From the NCBI RefSeq assembly GCF_902652985.1, contig NC_047022.1, positions 17,794,001 to 17,858,000 on the forward strand: a DNA stretch of 64,000 nucleotides, read 5' to 3'. Both the position numbers and the translations under genes were made by a program. This stretch comes from Pecten maximus. Lineage: Eukaryota. This document shows, in pieces, positions 10,996-22,423 of the stretch. Positions within the stretch are counted from its first letter, which is position 1, and every line of letters begins with the position of its first letter. Under the pieces are notes generated by a model, which was not told where the DNA came from, searched no databases, and worked only from the letters and a program-made list of their open reading frames with translations.

Positions 10996-13900
10996 TATTA
11001 ACACATGCTTTATTGAAATGTATAATACTTGGTGTTACATTGGCTGTGTTCTCCGCCGTCTTTCGCAAATGTAAATTGTTGTCATGTGTATGTATATTGT
11101 GATCCTATATGCTATTTGCATACGGAATAAAAATAATTGAATTGAAAAAAAAAAAAAAATTGAATTGAACAGGTAACTTTTACAGGTAAATTTACCTGTT
11201 GGCATTAAGACTCCTTTTAGGAAAAAGACTATAATCACTATAAAAACAAACTGCCCTACAGGTAAATTCAAAATGTTGGCATTCAGAGATACACCCGATA
11301 AATCACACCTGTATCAATCCAGCGAAATAGGGCCGAAGGGGGTAACGCTAAGAAAGTGTTTCAGTTCGTTGGCGACAACAGGCACATGATCGTGATTTTT
11401 CGCAACGGATAATATTGAAATGTTTATTTAGTTTTTATTTCCTGTTTGCATTAAAACCTCGCAATTAAATGTTGTAGTTATGTTAGGCAACAGGGAATAT
11501 ATATAGTTGTCCCAGCTGAATAAAGATAAGTCCACCATATTTGTTTTCTTCTGTATATAAATCTCTCCCAAAATGCACTGCGATCAAGGTCAAGTGTATA
11601 CAAAGTAGATTAAAATGTTCAAAAGTTCGAAGCTTCTTGGCTTCATTCCGACAATTTTTGACGTTATCAAATTATTATTTTTTATTTGTAGGTCTTAAAT
11701 AGGCATATATATATATATATATATATACTAAATGTCATTTATTGTCAAATTAATAACAATCTATAACACTCTGTCGGAGGTATAACATCTTTAATATATT
11801 AACCCAAGCCAGACAGGACCGCGGCTCTATCACACGCCTCAGTTAACTTTAATGTACAGGTAGATATAATGTACATGTATAATGACGAGATAAAATATAT
11901 TTTGACAAAATACAAATTGTACTACCTTGTCATTAATTTTTTTTCTTTGTTTATAAGATAAAAAGTGGAATATGTACAATTAAATACAAACTAAAAACAC
12001 AAACGATACTTTTTGTTAGCTAGGGATGCATACATAACTAGATACATATCGTTGTGATACAATACGGAATACAAACTTAAATATTTACATTTGAGCTGTA
12101 TTGTCGCTATATAAACCATATAAAGTCTTATTCGTCATGAACCGAAATGAGTATTGATATGAACGTGCGATGAATGTAAACAAAAAATGTCTCGGATGAT
12201 AATAATTTTCTGGCTACGGGTGCCTAAAATAAATATATACGTAAAAAAAATTATGTTTGCCGATATAATAGAATGTGAAGTACAGGACTCAAAATGGTAC
12301 GTACATGTAATATACTATTTCAGAAACATACATATGTTATAAAGGGTCAAGTAAGTAATAACGACGGTATGGTTCAATAGAGGTACTGGATACTAACAGA
12401 GACATATATATCACATAAGAGATTGATGGATGCGTATTATCAGAAATAGATCATTTGTCAAGTACTAATAACGACGGTACAGACAAGTAAATTGTAGAAT
12501 TTTCGACAGGCAATCTTCCCCTTTATTAAGACACAAGTATGTTTCTAGCTAAATGTGTTTAATATTTACACGTGTCGATCTGTCACAAGTGCATTGTACC
12601 GTGACTATAGAGGTACGTGTCGCTCTGATGCGTTGATTGACACTCACTGCACCATTTGTGGGCGTAGCTTTAGAATTATGGATTGTGATTGGTTCGTAAC
12701 TTTGGCAGTATTACTCGTGTTAGCGATCAAATGTTTAAAACATATGGTTACACAATTCAAATCAATACCATTTACCTGTTCACCCTTAAACCGATATACA
12801 CATTCTTTATAACATTACATGTACATATGTTAATGGTCTATAGTTTGTATTGCAAGACGAGGTTCAGGTGTTTTTGTGTGGCGTGATGCGATGGAGACAT
12901 GGACAACTCTGTGAGTTAGTGCTTATTTTGAAAACACCAGAAATATATGCATTTGTCTAAGTTTATAATCATCCCATGCACTGATGCTTGACTAGGTATA
13001 GACGTTTTGCATATTACGCCGCCATTTTGGGGTCAGAGGTCAAGCGGTTAAACTTTTGTAAACAAAGCATGGCGGCGCCTACAGCCCTCACAGCTTTCCG
13101 TCGTTGAATTCGTCATTTTGAGGATACTTTTGTGAAAATCGAACGTTATTATTAATGGGAAAATTACTCGGATATCATGTTCTACATATTGTGTCGTTTG
13201 CAGCTGAAATGCTACATTCTAATCACTAGAAACATCAAAGTTTAATACCGCGGCATATTCCAATTCCCGTGAAATGTTTACAAACGCTCACGGGAAAAGT
13301 TAACGAAACGTCAACGAACTGAACGTTCCTGGTATTGTATTTATTCATATCATCAGCATCAAATTTGTGAAAATTATGATATATATACATGTACATGCTA
13401 ATATCGTTGTAAAGAATACAAATAGAAAATGTCCAGATCCATCGGTAGCAAATTTACCAACGATGCTAAAGTATGGCGTTGGTCCTCACATCTTATATTC
13501 AAACATTATCACCAGCAGCTGTATATCTATAATCATAGGATGATGCTTCGTGTGCAATTGACTAACCCAACAGGTACAGGTAAAAGCTTAGGTTTTAAAT
13601 ATTTCAATAAACAGATTTCACATTTCTGCGTCTCCTAAATGCCACACACATGTGCTATATAGTAGCCAGAATTCCCCTGTAATGCATTTATATATATAAT
13701 GACCAGTTGCCAACAAATTAAATTTGACCAATGGTTATTCATGTATTTCATGGAGGTACACCTCCAAAGGGCATAAACATCCTGAGTGGTGTCCTAAAGA
13801 CTAGCATTACCTTCTTTGAAATATTTCTTGAATTTCAAAAAAAAAAAAAAAAAACAACAAAAAAAAACAAAAAAAACAACAACAACAACAACAAATAAAC

Positions 13901-14332
13901 AGAAACAAAACAAGCATTTTGTCTCATTTGTACCCTTCTTATCTACACCTAACTGATCTCTTTATCCACAACTTTGCTACAAGTTTTATGTCACATATTA
14001 TATAACATTAAAGTCATTGTTTATATTTCTTTTCAAATAAGAATATAGAATATATCTAAACACATGATAATGAAGTTGATGATAGTGATCAATATCATTT
14101 ACAACTGATACTGAACTAAAAAGTTGTTATCAACAGTTTCTGATATGCTATTATCACATAGGTCTCATATTTAAACTGTTTAAAACACTGATTCGTTGAA
14201 ATACATTGGTCCTCCAGGTGTGATCAGAGTATGTGTCTCTTGTGTGATGAAACATAGATTTGTTTAAGTCAATTTCAGGTCACTTAGAACTTAATGAACC
14301 TACATTTGTATGACCAGTACAACATCCAGACT

Positions 14333-14500
14333 TGGGTGGCGGGGTGGCATAGTGGTAGTACACTTGCATTTTACCAAAGTGGTCAGGGGTTTGATTCCCA
14401 ATTGGATGTGAAAATGTGTGGGATTGCCTGCCCTACCACATTGGGTTTTCTCCAAATGCTGCTTTCCCCGACAGTAGAACCCCTTGCACGCTTCCAATGG
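14333..14500 (+). mobile_element. Degenerate tRNA-derived SINE
   Basis: A-box-like GTGGCATAGTGG and B-box-like GGTTTGATTCCC, then a GGGTTTTCTCC...CTTTCCCC core. Confidence 0.6.
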
Positions 14501-15411
14501 GGCCACACGAGCAATTGATATAAGTTGGTATATCTTGTTTTGCAATTATTGTAACATGAATAAAGTTCACGTTTTTCAATATCAAGACTTAAAGCAACAT
14601 CCAGACTTCAAGCATAGGGATGTATTATCAAGCTTACCATATTCATGGCTGGTATATGGATATGTTCCCCATGATAACAAATTAAAATGTAGAAACGCTA
14701 TATTTATCAATATCTGACATAATTATATGACAAAGCAAGTAAATATAGAGCAGACAGGGAAAATATATTCTAGTATTGCAAAGGAGGCAGCAGACATTCG
14801 ACAATGACATAGGTGTAGTATGGTAAAGTAAATATCATAGTTAAGTGAACTGCAGATCACTACCATTATGGTGAAGTGAACCCCATATGGTGAAATTAAA
14901 TTGCCTTATATTTTGTTTTCAACTAATTTTTCTTTATTAATTTTTATTCACTTTATTATTTTCTTTCACAAAAAAATACGAAAAGTATGGATCAGGATTT
15001 ATGGTGGGGCACAGGGATTCACTTTACCATTGTAGTAATGTAAAACATGTTTACTTTTTCTTACTTCATGGGCCTCTTGTTTCACCTTATTAACTTTTTC
15101 ACCAATCCATAATCTAATGATTGGTGAAAACATTCATTAGTAAGAAAATAGAAAAATGCTTTATTTTACCAATAACGCATCACCTTAAATTGCCTGGCCC
15201 TGGACATATTTTTTGCTGTGTTTGTGTTCAAAGGAATGAATCATGTACATGTACATGTGTAATCTAGAAAATAGTTGGTGAAAAAAAAGTTAATTTGTAA
15301 GGAAATACAGTAGACAGGAAAGAAAGGAAAACTATGCCACAAAATTGATGCAAAGTTGATGATAACCAGATGGAATTCAACATCGACAAATCATAGATTT
15401 TAATCAAGGGA

Positions 15412-15620
15412 TTTGTTTGCTTGCTGCATTTATTGTCCTGTGAACAGCCAGGGTCATTTTAAGGTGGAGTCTCCTTGTTGTAGTTGGTGACTACATCCTT
15501 GTTGTAGTTGGCAACTACCTTACAGAACAACATACAGGAGGCCTGTCGCATGCCATCAAGAGCATGCAGTTATAGAGTGAAGTGTCTTGCGCAAGGACAC
15601 AACCATGACAGCCCAGACCA
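15412..15620 (-). mobile_element. CORE-type SINE fragment
   Basis: Minus strand GTGTCCTTGCGCAAGACACTTCAC (CORE-like) and tail AAAATGACCCTGGCTGTT. Same family as 40345-40480. Confidence 0.6.
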
Positions 15621-18499
15621 GACTTTTGAGCATCTAATGATTAGAATTACATTATGTTGCACTTGATACAGTGATTACCTACCTCTTTGTTCCACATACA
15701 AGATTTTCAATTACCAGGTATATATCTTTCTATTCATACAATGCCACCTTAGTTTACATGTTGATGAAACAAATTACAATACAACTGTTATAGAACATGT
15801 CAGTCTCATTATCATTAATCAATCAAATACATATCATTGATGATTATAAAACATGTCGAAAAATTATGAAGTTGTGGTCAATAGTACTTTGACATTAGGG
15901 TATAAATTGATTTCTTTCATAAACTAGATTTTACATGTGTATTCTTATTAATTACAATGAATAACATCCCAAAAATAGGCAATGGCTTGGTCAATATTAT
16001 ATTCCATCTTCATTTTCCATCATTTGCATAAGATTATCTCTGTCACTAAGCTTAAATAAATTATTCATATTTGGGGATGGTATTTAGAAAAAAAAACCCA
16101 GACATTATAGAAATAAAGTGATATAATCTACAGATTTACCTGTACATGTATATTATGGTTTTGGGGAACAAAGGACATTGCTTTTTAGGAACTATCCTCT
16201 CAAACAAGCACAACAGGAAAGGAAAAATACAACTAGACATGGACTTGAACTCATAATCAGGACCTCTGAACTTGAGCTAAATGATGCCAGCGTTGAAGAT
16301 TTCAAGATCATATTGGTCATTCAGAGGTGTGTAACAAAAGGTCAAATAAACTGGTATTCAGCAAGTTTTAAACTAGTCTGGAACACAGTAACAGCAATAT
16401 ATAATTTCACATGAATCAATTTAAATCTGATCTGCAATTTGTTTTCTTCAAACCTAGAAAATGAACATTACACAAGAAATAAGACATTTTATTTTTGCAC
16501 TACTAGGATAATGTACAGGATAATTTGAAATGTATAATAATGTCAAATTTGGCATATTGATTCAAGCTTACAAATAGATAAATAGATAAGTAATGATATT
16601 CGTTGCATGTTAATACCTCGGAATACATCGAAAGGATAGATTATTTCATGACAAGCTATACCAGTCCTTTGTCATGTTCAACTTGATATACAAGATCTAA
16701 AAATATTTTTGCTGTCTCTTTAATTTGAGAGTGCTCTTAAGTTAAAAATTAGATTTTAAAAAATGAGTATGGTATGATAATGACGGGCTTTAAAAGGACA
16801 AAATAAGTATCAATACAAATTACCCTGTTTTCGAATTCAATTTTATTAGCTCTATTATAATTAGAAGTGTAATTTGATGGTGAATCATTAACAACAGAAA
16901 TAACAATAATAATGTATACATAGGTTAACATTATATATTTAACCACAAAATGCTAAATTAATACAGTAGTAAAAACCATGTGTTGATAATCAGGTGGTCA
17001 ACTGATAAAAGTTTATGTAAATACAGTATATATTAATTTGTATCAATTTCAATTAGACATGAAATTGAATGATGAAGGCCAGCTCAAGATTCTGTAAATG
17101 CTGCATGTCAGCACATTTACCAAGGCCTGTCGTGTTACGTTCGTTTTTGTATTCTTAAAAATGATACACGTTTTAAAAATAACATATTGGTTTAAGTTTC
17201 TTGCTTGAAATCGATTATATAGTTTCCCCCCCATAAAGCTGCCAGCTACATATTCTATATCGCAAATGGACAGCTGAAACCTACCAGTGGTAACGGCTGA
17301 TGTAGGACCTATATCAGATACATTCATTGCTAAAATAAACGGTGACATGGGAAAAAGATGTTAGTATGAGTATCTCTGATGACAAACAGCAAGATTTAGG
17401 CATGTAAAACTTACTGTCATTTTTTCTAAACGGAGAAAACACTGCTAAAACTTTCACCTCCGTAGTGTTCCAGTGTTGTTGCGGGGAAAACTTTAACCGC
17501 TTGACCTTTGACCTGTGGCAAATGACCCGGATCAAAGATGGCAGAGGGGAATTATGCAAAACGTCTATACTTGTGATAATTGACGTCCGTGAGAGAAATA
17601 GCAGGGCCCGAGGTCTTAGCCAATTATGAACATGGTGAAACAATCACAACAGGTAAAAGTGGGAGGTCGCAAAACTCTGACCATGACCACGTCTCCAGCT
17701 GCGAGTCTTCACACCTTTTTCTTCGATCTTAATCCTTTACACTCGCCAGGCTCCGGCCGGTGGTGGCCGGTGGAATAACCCGATTTGAAATACGGGGCGG
17801 ACTTAGTCCCTTACACTCGATTGACACTCGAAATCCTGAGGGTGAAAGAAAACCATAACAACTGACGCGTACTGTAAGCTTCGTTCCCATCTATGTTTTA
17901 CTTGTGATTGTAATTTATGAAAATGAGTTGATTTATATTGGCTATATACAAGATACGCATAAGATACAAGAAGCTTTATTTCACGTCGAATATGGCAATT
18001 GGTAACTACGCTCTCAAGAGCTTGTACTTTGACAAACATATATAATTATACTGCAAACATAACAATATATATAAAGCATATTACATGATGCAAAGCATAC
18101 GGACAATAAATACAAGCACAGAAAATCATTAGGAAATATAGTATTAAGTATTAGAAAAACAAAGACTGACATATCATTAATTCATTGTTAAGAAATTGAT
18201 GGTTAAGAATGATCACATGCATTTCTGAGACACAGTGTTACTAGAGGTAAAGTTAAAGCACTCCCAGAGCAAAAGTGTAATACACATATTCTAATATAGC
18301 AAACGGTAAAAAATTCTAGAATAAAAATTAATATCGTGTGAGTTAAAAGAAACCTTACTGGATAGTAAAACGTTTTTGCCATAGTATATATGATATGATA
18401 AATAATGGATGCAGACAATATGCCTCTATATCTATATCTCAATTATTGAATTAAAATGTTAATGTTTCTTCCGGATGTTGTGTTATAACCAACATCTAA

Positions 18500-18950
18500 T
18501 AGATATCAAGTTAGATTTCAAAGTCTTTTATCGTGGTAGAAACAACAACACGTTTGGAAAGACTGTTCCAGATGTCCACGATTCTAAACTGAACTAATGT
18601 TTTCTGTCCTCGCGCTTGCAGTATTTCTTCCTAATCTTCAATGTATGTCCTGTTGTTCGGTTTGATTTTTCAATTTCAAAAATGTCCTTGTATATAATTT
18701 AAAAAAAAAAACCAACATTTATGGTGTGCCCTCTTTATCGCCGATAGGGCAACGTCGAGAGTCCTAGCTGTTTGAGTCTATCGCTGTATGGTTACTCCTT
18801 AAATCCTCGAATTAACTTAGTCGCTCTCCTTTACACATTTTCCAATGTTTCGATATCTGTTATTTTATAGGGACACCATACCATAGCATCGTATTCGATA
18901 ATGTGGTCTAACCAAAGCCTTGAATAACTGCTTGGATGTTATATGGAGGA
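18500..18950 (-). mobile_element. CR1-clade LINE 3' fragment, decayed
   Basis: Minus-strand LVRPH..EY...VWCPY, LENV*RRATKLI, YSDRLKQLGLSTLPYRR and RIVDIWNSL motifs. Confidence 0.8.
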
Positions 18951-20651
18951 CTTCTCTAACATTCGGTAATCATTGTGTAACCCTTGATTATCAAAGGTCT
19001 CTGAAAAATGGAAGTGTTTTGTTTCAGTTTTCAGTCAATTTGCATTGTTATGATATTTTGGCAGTTTTTGACGCCGTTTGATTGATGTGTGGGAAGTTAT
19101 TAAAGCCACTTACATTTAATTTGTGGACAAGTATTGACGCCCTCTGTTGTTTGGACACTTATTGACGCCCACTCAGCTAAACAAACAAAACAAAACATGG
19201 CCACCACTATCAGCTTTGTGTTGGGGATGTTTTATTCAATAATCCAGCTTCGTTACTATATTATTAATAATCAAACACACCCGTGAAAAATAAGCCAGCT
19301 TTTTACTTATATCAAAAAACAGATACACATTCTCCTTTCCTAAGCGACCGAGAATATGAAATAGTTTTTTTTAACATATATAAAATTTCATATCTACTCT
19401 TTCCATCAACAGCAGTGAAACTAAACCAGTTTTTACAATATAAAAGGTAAAAATTACAATTACTCCTTTCATCAACATCTGTAAAAATATAAAGCTCTTT
19501 TACTCTAGTAATAAAAAAGTAGAACGATTTCGTTCATCAACAATATTGAAAATAAACCAGCATTATTATAATATAGATAAACAAAAAGAACAACGATAAT
19601 GTAAAAACTTGTGAAAAGGAAACCAACTTTATTACTGTATTGTATATCCATAAAATGTACAACGACTCATTTCATAAGCAACCTGTGAAAATAATCCAGA
19701 TTTATTACTACTATACCCCATTGTTAATCTGGGCTGCATATATGAATACATCGATCACTTGATATCATTGTTACGCCAAGTGTACGGTTATGTGAATATG
19801 TGCCAGTTAAACAATTTGAGTAAAAAATAGAGGATGATTGAACGGTATTATTAAGACTAAAATACAAGTATGTATGTCACACATTTGCCATCAAACAATC
19901 TGACTTTTGAATTTGAATTTGAATTTTTTTTTAAATCTGAATAAAACAATAATGACTAGGCTGTGTTCTTCGGTTATCTCCGGCTTCAATTCGAACTGGA
20001 TAGTCAGACATCTATACAAAATATGAGCTGGTTGTGGCCGTGTGTGGTATGTGAGTCGTGGATAATTTAAACAGAGCCTGTTTGATATTACTAAAGCAAT
20101 ACCATCATCTGAAATCATAAAATTGTGAACAGCATTAAGACTGTGAAATTGAGTATTTACCCAGAAGTCATTGTGTCAGGGTTGATAATTTTTTTTAAAT
20201 ATATGTCATCAGAATGCATGAATTCAGTATCGAGCACCTAAATCAGCTGATCATGATTGCGTAAAAATGCTGAACCCTTTAGCCGACACAAAAGGACCTA
20301 TATGTTGTTATTAAATCTTTAAATTAATTGAAAACCTCATATGAGTCTTCAAAGTGATATAAATGGAAAAAGCAACATTGCAACATTTCTCTTCTTTCCA
20401 TAGTAGTCCTAAACCTTTCTCCAAATCTGAAAGCTATACTGCAGCCGACGAACGGACGGATACAAGGACGAACGGCCCCAAAATGTATCTTAAAGCGCTT
20501 TATCACATTCGATGAAAAATAAATAAAAAAAGAGATGCTACTGCAGATGGTAGTGTGCACAAAGTTGATAATAATAGATCACGGCATAATAAAAAATGTT
20601 TCATGCAAGGATGTTTAGTTGTATGATTAATGTTTTTGTTATAACAACAGC

Positions 20652-22007
20652 TTATATGTCGTTTGCTTCTTTACAAATACCATCACTGTGTGTGTCGTGG
20701 GATTTAGATAAGAACTTATTCAAATTTCCATACAGGCGTTTGTATCTGTCCTGATGATGTAAACGATGGCACATATCACAGTACACAGACTGTAACGAGT
20801 TAGTTAGAGTTCCAACGGTATAATTTCTCCTCCAATCAAAATACTTTAAGTACTGGTCAAAGTTTTCTGATAAGAAAATCATACGTTTAGCAAGCGATTT
20901 AATGTTTTCAAAATCTTTGGTATTAAGAGAGGATTGTGGCGGATGAAACAATGTTGGATTTGCACCATTTCTAACCACTGGTACAATTTGTTTACTTAAA
21001 ACATGGTGGAGAGACTTTTCGCTGACGTAATCTTCACATAAAGCATTTTCAAACGATAAATAAAATTTGTACTTTGTATTTAGTACTTTTAAGCAAGGAT
21101 CCGGATGAGTTTGTGTCACATTCCAAACATGCATCCATTTTGTTCTTCTATCCCCACCACATTTAAGGTTTCCACATTCGCCGTATATATCGATATCCAC
21201 TCCGTATGATCGAAGTTTACGTATAAATTCGTCCCGTTTTGAAGAAGCGTTACAGTGACTTATAAAGCCGACAGCTGTTTTTGATTTTGATCGCAATAAT
21301 TCATATTGCTCACTCACTTTGTAGCCTGTGTCGTGTTGAACGAACTCCCCATATGGCAATATGAAGTCCGAATCCCGCCTGTAACTGGCGGTCCAGTTGA
21401 TGTGTTTGAACTTAGGGATTTTTTGTTTTGACTGATACAGATCTGGTGCCTCCATTTCCAACAAAATCCAAACTTGACCTTGCTTCCGTTTTCTCATTTT
21501 TTTCCTCTCCCCCCAAGAAGTTGTCCAATTAAATATCACTGCATCCGCCTTATTGACCAATGAACGCTTTGTGGTCAGGATGCAGTTTTTAGATAATGGG
21601 CATGACTGAAATACGGTAGATGGGTCCAGTTTAGAACTGATCCACTCGTTCATCCATCGGGAGCGACTATATGCAAGAATAGTAATTGTAGGTAGGAAAT
21701 TTACTGTTTTTTTGTTTATTGCACGAAACTCTTCATCTTTGGTCGTATTTATCCCTGTAGACCCGACTCTGATATGTCTAGGTAGCAGCGTTTTGTAGAG
21801 TTGTGTATCAATTGTGGATAAGAAGTTGACTGATTTGTTGTTTACTGTCCGAAAATCCTTCTCTAATGTTGTATTTATCTCCGTAGTCTTGACCCTATTA
21901 TATGTGGTTTTGTGGTGTTGTATATACAGTACCGTAGATATTAACACAGACAAGAGACAGACTGCGAAAAATAAACGGTATATCGATAGCGATCGTCGTA
22001 ATTCCAT
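20652..22007 (-). CDS. Alpha-1,3-fucosyltransferase (GT10 family), copy 1, 451 aa
   Basis: N-terminal transmembrane helix (type II Golgi topology), NWTASYRRDSD, SHCNASSKR, DIYGECG, and the GT10 signature YKFYLSFENALCEDYVSEK, YLKYFDWR. Single coding exon preceded by acceptor TTTCAG|GTTTAAAAAATG. Confidence 0.95.
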   Translation of the reverse strand: MELRRSLSIYRLFFAVCLLSVLISTVLYIQHHKTTYNRVKTTEINTTLEKDFRTVNNKSVNFLSTIDTQLYKTLLPRHIRVGSTGINTTKDEEFRAINKKTVNFLPTITILAYSRSRWMNEWISSKLDPSTVFQSCPLSKNCILTTKRSLVNKADAVIFNWTTSWGERKKMRKRKQGQVWILLEMEAPDLYQSKQKIPKFKHINWTASYRRDSDFILPYGEFVQHDTGYKVSEQYELLRSKSKTAVGFISHCNASSKRDEFIRKLRSYGVDIDIYGECGNLKCGGDRRTKWMHVWNVTQTHPDPCLKVLNTKYKFYLSFENALCEDYVSEKSLHHVLSKQIVPVVRNGANPTLFHPPQSSLNTKDFENIKSLAKRMIFLSENFDQYLKYFDWRRNYTVGTLTNSLQSVYCDMCHRLHHQDRYKRLYGNLNKFLSKSHDTHSDGICKEANDI

Positions 22008-22016
22008 TTTTTAAAC

Positions 22017-22423
22017 CTGAAATGACACGAAAGTAAAGTTTGGCACGGTGAAACGTCTTAGTCTAAACACCATTATGAAAACTTTAAACAGATAATGTAT
22101 AACCTAAGATAAAATATTAACTTGATTTCAACTTATATAAATAGAGCTTGTTGTGATTTGTCTCAGTATTGGAGGAAATCGGAAAACTCGGGGGAAATCC
22201 GCGTGGTCGGGTAGATGACCGTAGATGACGGGGAAATGAATCGGGAGCAACTTTGAATGATCTGTGCCCTTAAATGACTACTACGATTGTGTTCAAAATA
22301 CAACCGGAAAGTAGAGCTATACTAAATCTATTATACGCTTATGTTCTTAAGGTGCGTATAGATCAATTGTTTAAAAAAAACTACTATATTAACACGAACA
22401 TTGTAGATTTCAGATGTACTTAC
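22017..22423 (-). other. 5'-UTR intron of FucT copy 1 (short non-coding exon upstream)
   Basis: Donor TAG|GTAAGT and acceptor TTTCAG| are conserved at equivalent positions in all three copies. Confidence 0.75.

Larger units (their letters stand above)
7758..11296. mobile_element. Non-autonomous TIR element, MULE-like, with an 8-9-bp TSD
   Basis: TIRs GGGTGTTCTCTGAACGCCAACATTT and AAATGTTGGCATTCAGAGATACACCC. Flanks are GATAAATCG (7749-7757) and GATAAATCA (11297-11305). Confidence 0.8.
7126..11790. mobile_element. Non-autonomous DNA transposon with TTAA flanks (Kolobok-like; CryptonA-type not excluded), outer shell of a nest
   Basis: Left end TTAA|AGGTGCTACACCTTCAACAGA at 7122. Right end TCTGTCGGAGGTATAACATCT|TTAA at 11794 forms an imperfect TIR. 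Confidence 0.7.
13000..17566. mobile_element. About 4.6-kb non-autonomous TIR DNA transposon with AT TSD (ISL2EU-like)
   Basis: Ends AT|AGACGTTTTGCATATT and AATTATGCAAAACGTCT|AT. The subterminal GGTCAGAGGTCAAGCGGTTAAA is mirrored by TTTAACCGCTTGACCTTTGACC. No transposase recognised. Confidence 0.75.

Noticed and set aside
12880-17800. Additional outer TIR element (GATGGAGACATGG vs CCACGTCTCCAGC)
   Set aside because: Short imperfect match with no TSD or terminal motif.
20652-22007. Bacterial origin or retrocopy status of the intronless FucT CDS
   Set aside because: A type II transmembrane/stem architecture and a conserved 5'-UTR intron are present, and mono-exonic coding regions are normal for many animal GT10 genes.
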